A DNA stretch of 64,000 bases from Geosiphon pyriformis uo1 (Eukaryota; Fungi; Glomeromycota). Location: the NCBI GenBank assembly GCA_016748015.1, contig JAAOMT010000094.1:51281-115280 (forward strand). The letters are read 5' to 3'. The notes below the pieces were generated by a model, which saw only the letters and a list, made by a program, of their open reading frames with translations, did no database searches and was not told the origin of the DNA. This document shows positions 63,641-64,000 of the stretch, piece after piece (positions within the stretch are counted from its first letter, which is position 1; every line of letters begins with the position of its first letter). Position numbers and translations under genes: made by a program.

Positions 63641-64000
63641 CTTAATTTGCTGCGTTGAGACGGTTTTTAAACCTCATTTAGATATTTTTAATGCTTCACA
63701 TCTTTCTTTTAATATCAACTAGACTAATTTCTGGGTTTCTATTTGACACATTGAGAGAGAATTCATTCCATTAAATGAGCCTAAGCTCGTTTTTAATAAA
63801 ATAAATTTCTTCGATCTTTTATTTAAAAAAATATAGTAATTTAAATGTTTTGAGGCTTCACGTAATCACTTAATGAATCTGTACCAAATTTTTGATATTT
63901 TAATTTTTTTTTGAATATATTCGTCATATCTCCAATAAAATAAAGAGATTATATGTTGAGATTTAGAAATTGATTTAATTTTTCTGAAAACATGTGAAAT

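Noticed and set aside
1-64000. tRNA/rRNA genes or organellar origin suggested by extreme AT content
   Set aside because: No cloverleaf or rRNA signatures seen; the AT richness maps to decayed nuclear transposons.

Overview
Very AT-rich eukaryotic nuclear DNA, most likely a Glomeromycotina (arbuscular-mycorrhizal-lineage) fungus. This is inferred from the MATA-type HMG-box gene, short GT-AG introns and the transposon repertoire. The window has two compartments. Positions 1 to ~50.4 kb are a nested transposon graveyard: four copies of one APE-RT-RNase H LINE family that retain both ends (two moderately decayed, two reduced to near-pure A/T and internally deleted), further LINE remnants, the internal region of a dUTPase-carrying Ty3/Gypsy element, an old LTR, a young LTR with a 4-bp TSD spanning an assembly gap, and a 3.2-kb hAT transposon with an 8-bp TSD. 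Positions ~50.5-64 kb are a CpG-containing gene compartment. It holds a six-exon gene (missed by the ORF track) for a ~525-aa protein with two copies of an unrecognised Trp-rich module, an intronless HMG-box factor, and two frameshifted secreted-protein (pseudo)genes, one RlpA/DPBB expansin-like. The strongest system-level signal is repeat-restricted C>T/G>A hypermutation that goes well beyond CpG and spares specific palindromic contexts (TGGCCA, TCGA). This looks RIP-like in a lineage outside the Dikarya fungi where RIP is characterised. All domain calls in decayed DNA are by-eye reconstructions; no searches were run.
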